Position numbers and translations under genes: made by a program. Shown piece after piece: positions 48,001 through 56,355 of a stretch of 64,000 bases of DNA; positions within the stretch are counted from its first letter, which is position 1, and each line of letters begins with the position of its first letter. Origin of the DNA: Cytophagales bacterium. Lineage in GTDB: Bacteria > Bacteroidota > Bacteroidia > Cytophagales > UBA9547. The stretch is taken from the NCBI GenBank assembly GCA_013297755.1, contig JAAFIH010000003.1, forward strand, positions 27,657 through 91,656, given 5' to 3'. The notes under the pieces were generated by a model that worked only from the letters and a program-made list of their open reading frames with translations, did no database searches and was not told where the DNA came from.

Positions 48001-51000
48001 ATGGGAGGTGGGGACAAAGCATTCACTGTGATGCTATCAACCGCAAATGGGCTTCTGCAACCTCCAAAAATAAGGCTTGATGTGGTGGTATTATATTTAA
48101 GATCTGTTGCATAAAAATATGAAACAACAGAAGATGTAGAAGTGCCAGACCATAAAGCGTTGTTTGATATGGTGGGTTGATATTGAGTATTGTTGCTTCC
48201 AACAATACTGCCAAGATTTTTGGCACTAAACCAATCTATTCGACTGTAATTAGATAGTTGTCCACCAACTCCGAGCAAAGGGATATTTTCGCCACTACAA
48301 ATTTCTTTTTTTGTACTCGTAAAAGTAGGTGGTTCAGGGGTTTCGTATAAAAATAAATTTCCTTTTGCATCATTAGGATTACTTTCGCAACCATTTATTT
48401 TTTGACTAACATAAAATAAATAAACACCAGAAGCAGAAGAATTTTGTAAAACTCCACTGAGAGAGCTTGAAAAGAAACTTTCAAACTTACCTGAAATAGT
48501 AGAGCCTGCAACAGTAACATTACTACCTACAGTTGAGGATTGAGCCAAAATTGAATTTGAGCTAGAGTACCAAGTAAATGTAGGTGCAACAGACCCAGCA
48601 ATGGTAGAAATAGCCCTTAGATTACCTACAACACCTGGTACACAATAGGCAGTATCTCTTAATATGGGAGCTGATGGAGTTTGATTAACAACTGCTATAC
48701 CACTGGTGAGTGTTGAAGGGCTTGCACATCCTTTGCCAAGTGTTGTAAAATAGACTTCTTGTACCAAATAAGGTATTTGGCTACCCACAGGTAAAGAACC
48801 AAGCAAACTAAAAGTAAACTCCTCGGCCCCATAAAATTGATAATAATAATTTGTACCAGCAAATAGGTTAAAAGATCTGAATGCTCCAAAAGGAGGTGCA
48901 GGTGCAGCGTTGCGATTGCGAACTCTAAAAGAACCAAAATCTTTATTGCTACATAACTGATCAGATTTTGTAAGTTCTATTCCAAAAGCCAAACCTGCAG
49001 AAGTGGTAAAAATAGGCATAGGCTGAAATGGGGCAAACATTCTAAAAGATACACCTACAAGGCTACTTTCACAACCATTTGATGTTTGAGAGACATAATA
49101 TGTAGTGTCTATTGGATTTGCTTTTTTGTACCTATCAAAGGGCATACATCCTACACAATTCGCTAAATCTAAACTATTTCCTAGTCCTAGAAGTGTAGTT
49201 CCTGATAGTGAATTATACCAATTTACTTGTGCAAAATTGCTTCCAATCACAGATATAATTCCATAATTTGGAGAATTACAAAATACATCTAATGTACTTA
49301 TAAAAGGACTCTGAGGTCGACTAAATACATTATAATAATTGATTGATTGATTTTCAAAATTAGCATATTGGTTGCTTTTGCAACCAGTAATTGTATTCAC
49401 TGAGTAAACATAAATCTGTGTAAATCCTGTCAAGGTTTTATTCAAATCAGAAACAATGGCAGCGCTGGTATTGTTACCCAAAACAGTATTGGTACTAAAT
49501 GATAAGCTGCCAGAATTATTAGGGTAATAAAGTAAATAATTACCAACAAAACTTATAGGCATATTTGTGTTTACACTTACCTTTACAGGCGAAGCCCTAA
49601 AAATACCATCATAATCCATACACCTATTGTTGGCACCTGATAATGTAGCAGTTGGTGGCAATTCGTTGATATTAAAACTAAAAGTTGTAATATCGCTACT
49701 ACATCCACCTAAAAAAGAAATTCCTGATATGGTAACAATAGTTGGACCTGAAGAAGTATAGTCCATATTAAATAAATACCCGCCAACAATAGTAGCAAAA
49801 GAGTTTATGCTTATAATTGGCTGCTGATAACCATTCAAATAAGCCAAAGAACCAATAGTATTTGATGAAATTGAAACTACAAAATTTGTGCTAATTCCTC
49901 TTGCACAGCCACCAGTAGAGGGCAAATCAGATGTAATTGTTGGTGGTAAAGGAGTTTTGTAAATAATAACATCTATTTCTTGTAAATGACCAGGACAACC
50001 ATTTTGATATTGTCTAGCATATCGCTTGTATGTTGCAAATCCAGTAGATGTAATTCCTAATTGAGCAAGCGAAACGCTCGTAAGACCTGTTAAACTTGGA
50101 ATAATAGAAGAGGTAGAAGTTGTAGTGTACCATTCCATATTTTGATTTTCGGCTGTTGCAGTAATCAAATCTGATAGATTTGCATTTGATTCACATTTGG
50201 CGTAATCTCTAATTTTGGGTCTATTGGCGATTGGAAAAATTTTAATCTCTTGAGGTCTAATGATTTGAGTTACTCTTAAATTATTGCATAAATTTGAAGT
50301 AGGATTAAAGTCATAAAAATAAACCAGATTGTAATTTTGTGGAGTTAAATTGCCACCTATAAAAGTATAACTATCCATAAAAAATCGAGTTTTGCTGGTA
50401 GAAGAATCAAAATAACTTTGTCCATTAAAGGATGAGGAGTTTGATCCACTAATGCCTAAACCTACGCTTTTTGTACATCTAATTGGGCTATCTAACAAAG
50501 CTCCCGTCATAGACACTAATCTTGGAGTAAAATCTGTAGCACAAAACGAAGACTTATCTACTAGAGGCGAGGGTGGATTAAATACATAAAAATTTTGTGG
50601 AAAAAAAACTTTTATATCTTTTGTAATAATGCTTTTGCAACCTGTCGTGCTTGATGTAAAAGTAGCAATCAAAGTAATTGATATTTCATTATTATTTACA
50701 GCATTTGTAGGTTTGGGACTGATATTGATAGGATAAAATTGATTGCCTGTAACCCCAGATTGAGACATACCTTGAAAAGTTGCAGTAAATAATGTAGAAC
50801 CTACAACACCTGTAGCCATAGAAATAGACAAAGGTACTGCCTGAGCATCGTCTACTGCATAGCTGTTGTCGCCAACACTAGGGCTAGACCAGTCTAACTG
50901 AAACCCACTAATGGTATTGATTGGAGCAGTAAGTGTAGTAGCAAAACTGCAACCAAGAGCATTGGGTGCTGATTGATATTTGACATAAACTAAATGATTA

Positions 51001-53861
51001 TTAGGAGCAGTATTTGGCAAAAAATTAGCAGTATTAAACCCAGTTGGGTTTATTGAAGCACTACCAGAAATCAAGCTAAAAGTACCAGAAACAGTGCTTA
51101 AAGGGAAACTTAAATCTGTAAATGCTTGCAAATTTGTAGCACCTTCGTTTTCGCAATAACTTGATTTCCATCCAAATATATTAACACTTGGTCCAAAATT
51201 GATTTGCAAAGTACTTACATTTGAAGCCACATTAGAAGCACAAAAGCCAGATACTGAAACCCTAAAATTGAGACCATTCATGGTTGAATTAAACTTAAAA
51301 GCATTTAATTTTGATGAATTTACACCTGTAAAAGACCCCAAAGTAGTTGTTACATTTGCCCAAACACCTAAAGTAGTATTAAAATACTGCCATCTATAAT
51401 TAAGACCTGTACCAGAAGCCTGTGCCTCTATACTAGCACTAAGGCCAGCACAAGTGCTAAATAGTGGTGCTGGTTGAAGTGTAATCAAGGGTAGATTAGC
51501 TACTGTAACTAAGGTACTTGTAGTAGTAATCATACCACCACAATTGCCTTGTATAGTGCATTTAAAACTTGCCCCATTGATACTTGAAGGTACATTTGAT
51601 AATTGTAATCCAGATGTTGTAAAGCTATTTCCATACATGCCATTATCGGTCAATTCATCTATGATTTGATTATTTTTGTACCACTGATATACAGGATTGA
51701 CAGAAGTAACAGTAAGAACTATATTGCCCATACTCCCTGCACAAATTGTAGTATTGGCAGGTATAGTTGCCGAACTATTACTATTTACCATAAGAGAAGC
51801 ACTTGGTGTTGTTACAGTATTGCAAAACCCTGCAACTGAAACATAATAATTCCCATTGTTACTAGGATTGACTGATAATATATTGGCAAAACTTGTATTA
51901 ACACCCATAGATACAAACCCACCTCCTGTATTTTCAAACCATTTATAGGCATAAGGCCCAGCACCTGAAACTGTAGTGGCAAAAGTAACATTATCGTTTT
52001 GACAAGCAATAATACCTAATAGTGATGTAGCCGTAATATTGGATAAAAAAGTAAACCCTACTGCTGTAGAAATTTGAATACCACAACTACCCGAAACTGT
52101 GCATACAAATACGTCTGTGATATTGGCCTCAAGCCCTGATATAGTAATATTTCTTGTATTTATACCTCTTACTGTACCTACATTCAACAAATAGCTAGCA
52201 TTGGATAGTGGTGTAAAAATGGTTTCACTATTATCATACATACCCCAAGTATATGCTAAATTGTGTCCCCCTAGTGTATTGATAGAGATAGATTTAGTAT
52301 TTCCTACACAATAATTGGTAGGTGGGATAAAGCCAGAAATACTCGTTGTACCCAAAACTGTAACATTTGCTATCCTTGAGAAACTACCACAAACCCCTAC
52401 TACACTAAAATTAAAACTTACAACAGTACTTGTATTGGCAAATGGCAGTGCACTGATATTGAGGCCAGCAGTAGAAAAACTTTGGCCATAAATGCCCCCA
52501 TCTGTGTTTTCATTTAACAAAATAGAACTACGAAACCATTGATAACTAAGAGCATTTGTTGCAAATCCTGTAATGGTGGCATCTGTACCTGTACAACCTA
52601 TAAAATTGCCCGAAAATCCTGTAATTGTTGGTAAACCTAACACAGAAATTGTAATAATATTACTTGTAAGGGTTATACAATTATTGAACACATTGCATGT
52701 AAAATCAATATTACTACCTGCCAAAGATGTAGGAAAACCAGTAATAGAAAGCAAAGGACTATTAAAACTTTTGTACACTCCACCATCTGTACTAGCTGAA
52801 ATGGGTACACTATTTTTATACCACCTGTAAGATAAATTAGTACCTACTGCACTGCATGTGAGGGTAGTAATTACAGAAGTACAAACACTATTAAAACTAG
52901 ATATGGCCTCAAGCCCACTAACAGTTGGTACTAACAAAGTGGCTCCAAGTGTAGTATATGTACCACAACTATTGCTGCCTACGACCGAAAACACACCACC
53001 TGCAAAGTTTGATGCTGGATTTAGATTAAGTCCACTGGCTGTTTCTCCAGCCATAACAACCCCATTTTGATACCATTGGAAATTATGATTGCTTCCTGCA
53101 AGTGTTTGGATTGACATAAGAGCACTAGAAGAACCACAAGCAGTAGTAAGACGAGGACCATTGACTGAAAAAGAATTATAAATTTGAGCAATTTGAGTAT
53201 CAGTCAATTTAGAATTGTAAATTCGAGCATCTTGTATTAAACCAGGAAATTGATAAGTACCAATATTTGAATAACCTCCAATAAATAAAGGACTTGAATT
53301 TACACCCATAGCAGATGAACTGGGATAGCTATCCACAAAAATCCCATTAATGTAATACCTTATAAAACTATCAGAAGCCTTGTAAGTTAATGCAACATGG
53401 GTCCAAGCCATAGGTAATATACTTCCTATACCAAGAGGACTACGTGGAATGTTATTAGCTTCAAAATCTAACCCAACAGATGTTAAAGATCCATTTGAAT
53501 AAATACCTAAACTGTAAGCATCTTTAGAAATAATTTCTGATTCAAAATTAGGACTACTAGCTGCATTATTTAAACTATTCAAAAAAATCCAAGCTGCCAT
53601 TGTAACCTCAGTTGTAAGGTTTAATTTAGCTGATTGATTGTACTTAACGGCATCATTATTTCCTGTACCTACAAAAAATGCACTGTTGCTGTCTCCACAT
53701 CTTCCTGTTGCATAGCTACCAGAAATTCCTGTAACAGTTAATGGATTTGAGCTAATATCTACAGCATTTCCATTGAGAGGAGCATGAAATATAGGTATAG
53801 GGAATTGAGCAAAAAGTGTAAAACAAAATAAAAAAGAAACAATAAAGTAGATTTTTTTCAT
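45099..53861 (-). CDS. Giant T9SS-secreted surface protein (about 2920 aa): N-terminal LamG domain, dozens of Ig-like modules, MAM/choice-of-anchor-like domain, C-terminal T9SS sorting domain
   Basis: Signal MKKIYFIVSFLFCFTLFAQ (M7 of the track ORF, consistent with the -7 box at 53893-53900). LamG segment (VTMAAWIF...WTHVALTY...GLIQDARIYNSKLTDTQI). Many C-x-G...(Y/F)-x-W-(Y/F) Ig-type repeats. C-terminal ITIYPNPAANEVNIIYP...GIYILKIGKTIKKLVISK. Confidence 0.85.
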   Translation of the reverse strand: MKKIYFIVSFLFCFTLFAQFPIPIFHAPLNGNAVDISSNPLTVTGISGSYATGRCGDSNSAFFVGTGNNDAVKYNQSAKLNLTTEVTMAAWIFLNSLNNAASSPNFESEIISKDAYSLGIYSNGSLTSVGLDFEANNIPRSPLGIGSILPMAWTHVALTYKASDSFIRYYINGIFVDSYPSSSAMGVNSSPLFIGGYSNIGTYQFPGLIQDARIYNSKLTDTQIAQIYNSFSVNGPRLTTACGSSSALMSIQTLAGSNHNFQWYQNGVVMAGETASGLNLNPASNFAGGVFSVVGSNSCGTYTTLGATLLVPTVSGLEAISSFNSVCTSVITTLTCSAVGTNLSYRWYKNSVPISASTDGGVYKSFNSPLLSITGFPTSLAGSNIDFTCNVFNNCITLTSNIITISVLGLPTITGFSGNFIGCTGTDATITGFATNALSYQWFRSSILLNENTDGGIYGQSFSTAGLNISALPFANTSTVVSFNFSVVGVCGSFSRIANVTVLGTTSISGFIPPTNYCVGNTKSISINTLGGHNLAYTWGMYDNSETIFTPLSNASYLLNVGTVRGINTRNITISGLEANITDVFVCTVSGSCGIQISTAVGFTFLSNITATSLLGIIACQNDNVTFATTVSGAGPYAYKWFENTGGGFVSMGVNTSFANILSVNPSNNGNYYVSVAGFCNTVTTPSASLMVNSNSSATIPANTTICAGSMGNIVLTVTSVNPVYQWYKNNQIIDELTDNGMYGNSFTTSGLQLSNVPSSINGASFKCTIQGNCGGMITTTSTLVTVANLPLITLQPAPLFSTCAGLSASIEAQASGTGLNYRWQYFNTTLGVWANVTTTLGSFTGVNSSKLNAFKFNSTMNGLNFRVSVSGFCASNVASNVSTLQINFGPSVNIFGWKSSYCENEGATNLQAFTDLSFPLSTVSGTFSLISGSASINPTGFNTANFLPNTAPNNHLVYVKYQSAPNALGCSFATTLTAPINTISGFQLDWSSPSVGDNSYAVDDAQAVPLSISMATGVVGSTLFTATFQGMSQSGVTGNQFYPINISPKPTNAVNNNEISITLIATFTSSTTGCKSIITKDIKVFFPQNFYVFNPPSPLVDKSSFCATDFTPRLVSMTGALLDSPIRCTKSVGLGISGSNSSSFNGQSYFDSSTSKTRFFMDSYTFIGGNLTPQNYNLVYFYDFNPTSNLCNNLRVTQIIRPQEIKIFPIANRPKIRDYAKCESNANLSDLITATAENQNMEWYTTTSTSSIIPSLTGLTSVSLAQLGITSTGFATYKRYARQYQNGCPGHLQEIDVIIYKTPLPPTITSDLPSTGGCARGISTNFVVSISSNTIGSLAYLNGYQQPIISINSFATIVGGYLFNMDYTSSGPTIVTISGISFLGGCSSDITTFSFNINELPPTATLSGANNRCMDYDGIFRASPVKVSVNTNMPISFVGNYLLYYPNNSGSLSFSTNTVLGNNTSAAIVSDLNKTLTGFTQIYVYSVNTITGCKSNQYANFENQSINYYNVFSRPQSPFISTLDVFCNSPNYGIISVIGSNFAQVNWYNSLSGTTLLGLGNSLDLANCVGCMPFDRYKKANPIDTTYYVSQTSNGCESSLVGVSFRMFAPFQPMPIFTTSAGLAFGIELTKSDQLCSNKDFGSFRVRNRNAAPAPPFGAFRSFNLFAGTNYYYQFYGAEEFTFSLLGSLPVGSQIPYLVQEVYFTTLGKGCASPSTLTSGIAVVNQTPSAPILRDTAYCVPGVVGNLRAISTIAGSVAPTFTWYSSSNSILAQSSTVGSNVTVAGSTISGKFESFFSSSLSGVLQNSSASGVYLFYVSQKINGCESNPNDAKGNLFLYETPEPPTFTSTKKEICSGENIPLLGVGGQLSNYSRIDWFSAKNLGSIVGSNNTQYQPTISNNALWSGTSTSSVVSYFYATDLKYNTTTSSLIFGGCRSPFAVDSITVNALSPPPITSSLVKLCVENPKISTLPSLTASGINGAAQSFFWIDNNNQDSFQPKISINNLNLAVPRSYFYKVSDSFKNCKGLSSVITVTVFALPTITLNGINFNYCEYDTPVTFSGFTNASLMSSKYTIEATLFPFTVPSGMLSTLAGINTKAIFNPSAKDVLSTQSYDLSYIVTDNNNCSNEVTKPVNVYAKTINNFTFKDNFTQTQDTVCSGDDKIIMIGENAGSFATTRIGVVGNEFFPADVITNSNQIDTVSIKYTYTDINGCFNFTKKTITVYPSPKVKFKMSSHCVGNVSIAGLSTIVPKSGISINSYEWIIDNQKPTKSKDTIVNFNPGLHNFYYEAKESGFGCTSSIEVDSIIDAYPLVDFDWKNICEGDSTQFFDKSSIAIGSGTLDTLIWQFSNTYPSRGYNSFGKTFKIFSNNATSIPVSLMARTKENCVSTITSIVHILPTIKKYPYDQNFDNNQALWFTDGKSSTWEWGQNTITGENYWATNIYGNHAPNERSFLNSPCFNLDSLPRPMIRFDANYKTNSAIDGAVLQFSTNGGTVWQPLNDIRTGINWYNSRNIVNDPGDQNSFLTDILNNPVSAPVTGIYARQMGWNGNSFGWKTSRNTLDEPSRQTLGKNQKVRFRVAFASAGAVQADGFAIDNFWIGSRTKSVLLENFVNTQSIASNNAQSNTLDNFILNNRDDVVGINYHTSSPANDIFNAANPSDPSTRVLFYGVETVPRSALDGEMVVGNSTSIGLNSIKDKSLISPTFIIRANKSNFNNNLVINAMFEATENIPSSTELIAQVVVIEKSIKNVGGLPKNYYNVIRKMLPSGAGTSFFGAWNKGETKTLNLNWNYGNNTDIYYKDSLGVVLFIQDRNTKAVLQSAYYGPSQSNLALPLGVYNPENDFIENITIYPNPAANEVNIIYPKLTQNTLWQLYDSIGKEIKNGYLDPNLQIHTLNISSVVDGIYILKIGKTIKKLVISK

Positions 53862-53892
53862 ACCAAAAGAATAAAACATTTTGTATAATACT

Positions 53893-53900
53893 CAAAATTA
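53893..53900 (-). promoter_or_regulatory. -7 box (CAAAATTA on plus strand = TAATTTTG) for the giant gene
   Basis: TAnnTTTG match on the minus strand, 32 nt upstream of the ATG at 53861 and only 14 nt from the ATG at 53879. Confidence 0.4.
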
Positions 53901-54177
53901 AACAATTTTTCTAAATAAAATTAAATTAATATGAATAATTTATATTTGATACATCAAAAATTATAAAAGTAAATAATAAATAGTATTTTGATTTATTTAA
54001 AATTTAATAATAAAACTACTAAAAAATTGATTTAATAATCAAAAGTATCTAAAAAGTAATTAATCAATAATAAGTTATAGCAAAATTAGTTTTAAAACAG
54101 CAGAAATTATTAAAAAAGTATGTGCATAAACCGATATTAAACAAATATAAAACACAGTAAGTAAAACTAAAAACAAC

Positions 54178-54374
54178 AATTATTGTATTTATATTAAAGT
54201 AAATATTACCAATTATGCTAATTATTTTAAATTAAAAATTAATAATTATGGTATTTATATTAAAGTATAATTGATTAATTATAGTATTTATATTGAACAA
54301 ATATTAACTAATTATAGTATTTATTTTAAATTAAAATTAATAATAATGGTATTTATTTTAAATATAAAATATTA
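54178..54374. repeat. Six tandem 32-33-bp AT-rich repeats (AATTATNGTATTTAT(A/T)TTAAA...)
   Basis: Units start at 54178, 54211, 54244, 54277, 54310 and 54342. Units 1 and 3 resemble each other, as do units 2 and 5. The array ends 5 nt before the -7 box at 54379. Confidence 0.85.
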
Positions 54375-54378
54375 AAAT

Positions 54379-54386
54379 TACATTTG
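54379..54386 (+). promoter_or_regulatory. -7 box TACATTTG for the AAA ATPase gene
   Basis: TAnnTTTG match 25 nt upstream of the ATG at 54412. Confidence 0.45.
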
Positions 54387-54411
54387 TTGCAGATTAAATA
54401 ATAATAATACA

Positions 54412-55695
54412 ATGTATAGAAGTAAAATAGACGAGCTAATTTTTTGGAAAAATAAGCCAAATAGAAAACCATTGATAGTAAATGGAGCTAGACAAGTTGG
54501 AAAATCATGGCTTATACGACAATTTGGAGAAAAAAACTATAAAGGAAAGTTCATAGAAATAAACCTTGAAAAAAGCAAAAATTTACATGCTATTTTTTTG
54601 CCTGATTTTGATGTAAAAAGAGTAGTTTTTGAACTCAGTCTAACCCTAAATATAAACATAGATATTGACAAAGATTTACTATTTATAGACGAGATTCAAG
54701 CATGCCCACAAGCATTGGGTAGTTTGAGATACTTTTATGAGGATATGCCAAAATTGCACATCATTGCAGCTGGGTCTTTATTGGATTTTGAATTCAGAAA
54801 TCAACCTTTTCCTGTTGGTAGAGTCGATACTCTTAATTTATATCCTATGACATTTTATGAATTCTTACTTGCAAGAGGCAAAACAAACTTGGCCAAACTA
54901 CTTGAAATATCACCAGAAAATGCTCCTGAAAATGTAAACCACTTTTTTGAGGAAGACTTTAATTTATATCTCATTGTGGGTGGAATGCCTGAATGTGTAC
55001 AATACTTTGTTAAATCAAACGATTTGATAGGGGTAAGAAATATTCAAAACGATTTATTATATAGCTACGAACAAGATTTTAAAAAATATAACCCAAGCAT
55101 AACTACTGATTGTTTGCTTGATATTTTAGACAACGCTACCAAATATATTGGTAACCTTATTATTTATACAAAATTATCTGAAAGATTTACGAGTGTAACC
55201 ACTAAAAAAGGAGTTGATTTATTAAAAACAGCTCGGTTATTACATAGTATTCAAAATGTTTCTGTGAGTAGTTTGCCACTTACTGCTTCTGGCAAACAAT
55301 TCAAAATTTTTTTTTTAGATGTAGGTTTATTGCTCCGAAAAAGTAATATTGACTATCAAAATTTATATTTGAAAAGAGAATTAAGTGTGGCTTTTCAAGG
55401 AATGTTGGCCGAACAATTTGTGGCACAGCAACTGATAGCCCAAACCAATAATCAAACTTATTATTGGGCAAGAACCGAATCTGGTGCTAGTTCTGAAGTT
55501 GATTTTGTGGTGCTAAAAAACAATAAAATTGTCCCAATAGAAGTGAAAGCTGGCAAAAGTGGTTCTTTAAAAAGTTTGCATTATGTTTTAGAAAAAAATC
55601 CACATATCGAAAATGCCATTGTATATTCTCTAGCAAAAAAAGGTAGTTTAGACAAAATTTCATTTATACCAATTTATTGGGCAGGTAGAGATTAG
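54412..55695 (+). CDS. AAA_14-type ATPase with C-terminal DUF4143 (PD-(D/E)xK-like) domain
   Basis: Walker A NGARQVGKS, Walker B LLFIDEIQ, and a C-terminal SEVDFVVLKNNKIVPIEVKAGKS (D...E-x-K nuclease-like motif). Confidence 0.8.
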   Translation: MYRSKIDELIFWKNKPNRKPLIVNGARQVGKSWLIRQFGEKNYKGKFIEINLEKSKNLHAIFLPDFDVKRVVFELSLTLNINIDIDKDLLFIDEIQACPQALGSLRYFYEDMPKLHIIAAGSLLDFEFRNQPFPVGRVDTLNLYPMTFYEFLLARGKTNLAKLLEISPENAPENVNHFFEEDFNLYLIVGGMPECVQYFVKSNDLIGVRNIQNDLLYSYEQDFKKYNPSITTDCLLDILDNATKYIGNLIIYTKLSERFTSVTTKKGVDLLKTARLLHSIQNVSVSSLPLTASGKQFKIFFLDVGLLLRKSNIDYQNLYLKRELSVAFQGMLAEQFVAQQLIAQTNNQTYYWARTESGASSEVDFVVLKNNKIVPIEVKAGKSGSLKSLHYVLEKNPHIENAIVYSLAKKGSLDKISFIPIYWAGRD

Positions 55696-55709
55696 TATAT
55701 ATTAAATAT

Positions 55710-56354
55710 TTACAATTTTCTTACCACCATTAATCCATCCCTTAGTGCAAAAAGTACATTTTCGACCCTAGTATCTGATTGTATTTTTTGATTGAAAGCC
55801 AATAGAGCAGCTGTTTTTTTGTCTATTTTTATGTCCTTTTCTGCCACTTTGCCGCTCCAAAGTACATTATCTGCTATTATAAATCCGCCTTTTTTTACTT
55901 TATCAAAAACCAATTCATAATAAAGTGCATAATGAATTTTATCGGCATCTATAAAAACTAAATCATAATTGGTATAAGGCAAAGTAGGAATAATTTGAGA
56001 TGCATCGCCAATGATATATTCAATTTGATTATAAAATTGAGATTCTAAAAAATATTTTCTTACTCTATCTTCAATAGTTGAATTTTTGTCTAAAGTAATA
56101 ATTTTGCCTTCTTTACTTAAATTTTCGGCCATACAAAGGGCCGAATATCCTGTATAAGTACCAATTTCTAAAATTAATTTTGGCTGAATCATAGCACAAA
56201 ACATGGACAAAACACGCCCTTGGTAGTGGCCAGAAATCATGCGTGGCATAGCTACATGAGCCAAAGTTTCTGCTTCAATTTTAGTAAGCAAATCATTGGG
56301 TTGTGTAGTGTGATTATTGGAATATTCTTGAATATGAAAAGGTAAAAAATCCAT
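55710..56354 (-). CDS. Class I SAM-dependent O-methyltransferase (caffeoyl-CoA OMT / YrrM-like)
   Basis: ILEIGTYTGYSALCMAENL, GKIITLD, VFIDADK, GGFIIADNVLWSG. Confidence 0.85.
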   Translation of the reverse strand: MDFLPFHIQEYSNNHTTQPNDLLTKIEAETLAHVAMPRMISGHYQGRVLSMFCAMIQPKLILEIGTYTGYSALCMAENLSKEGKIITLDKNSTIEDRVRKYFLESQFYNQIEYIIGDASQIIPTLPYTNYDLVFIDADKIHYALYYELVFDKVKKGGFIIADNVLWSGKVAEKDIKIDKKTAALLAFNQKIQSDTRVENVLFALRDGLMVVRKL

Positions 56355-56355
56355 T

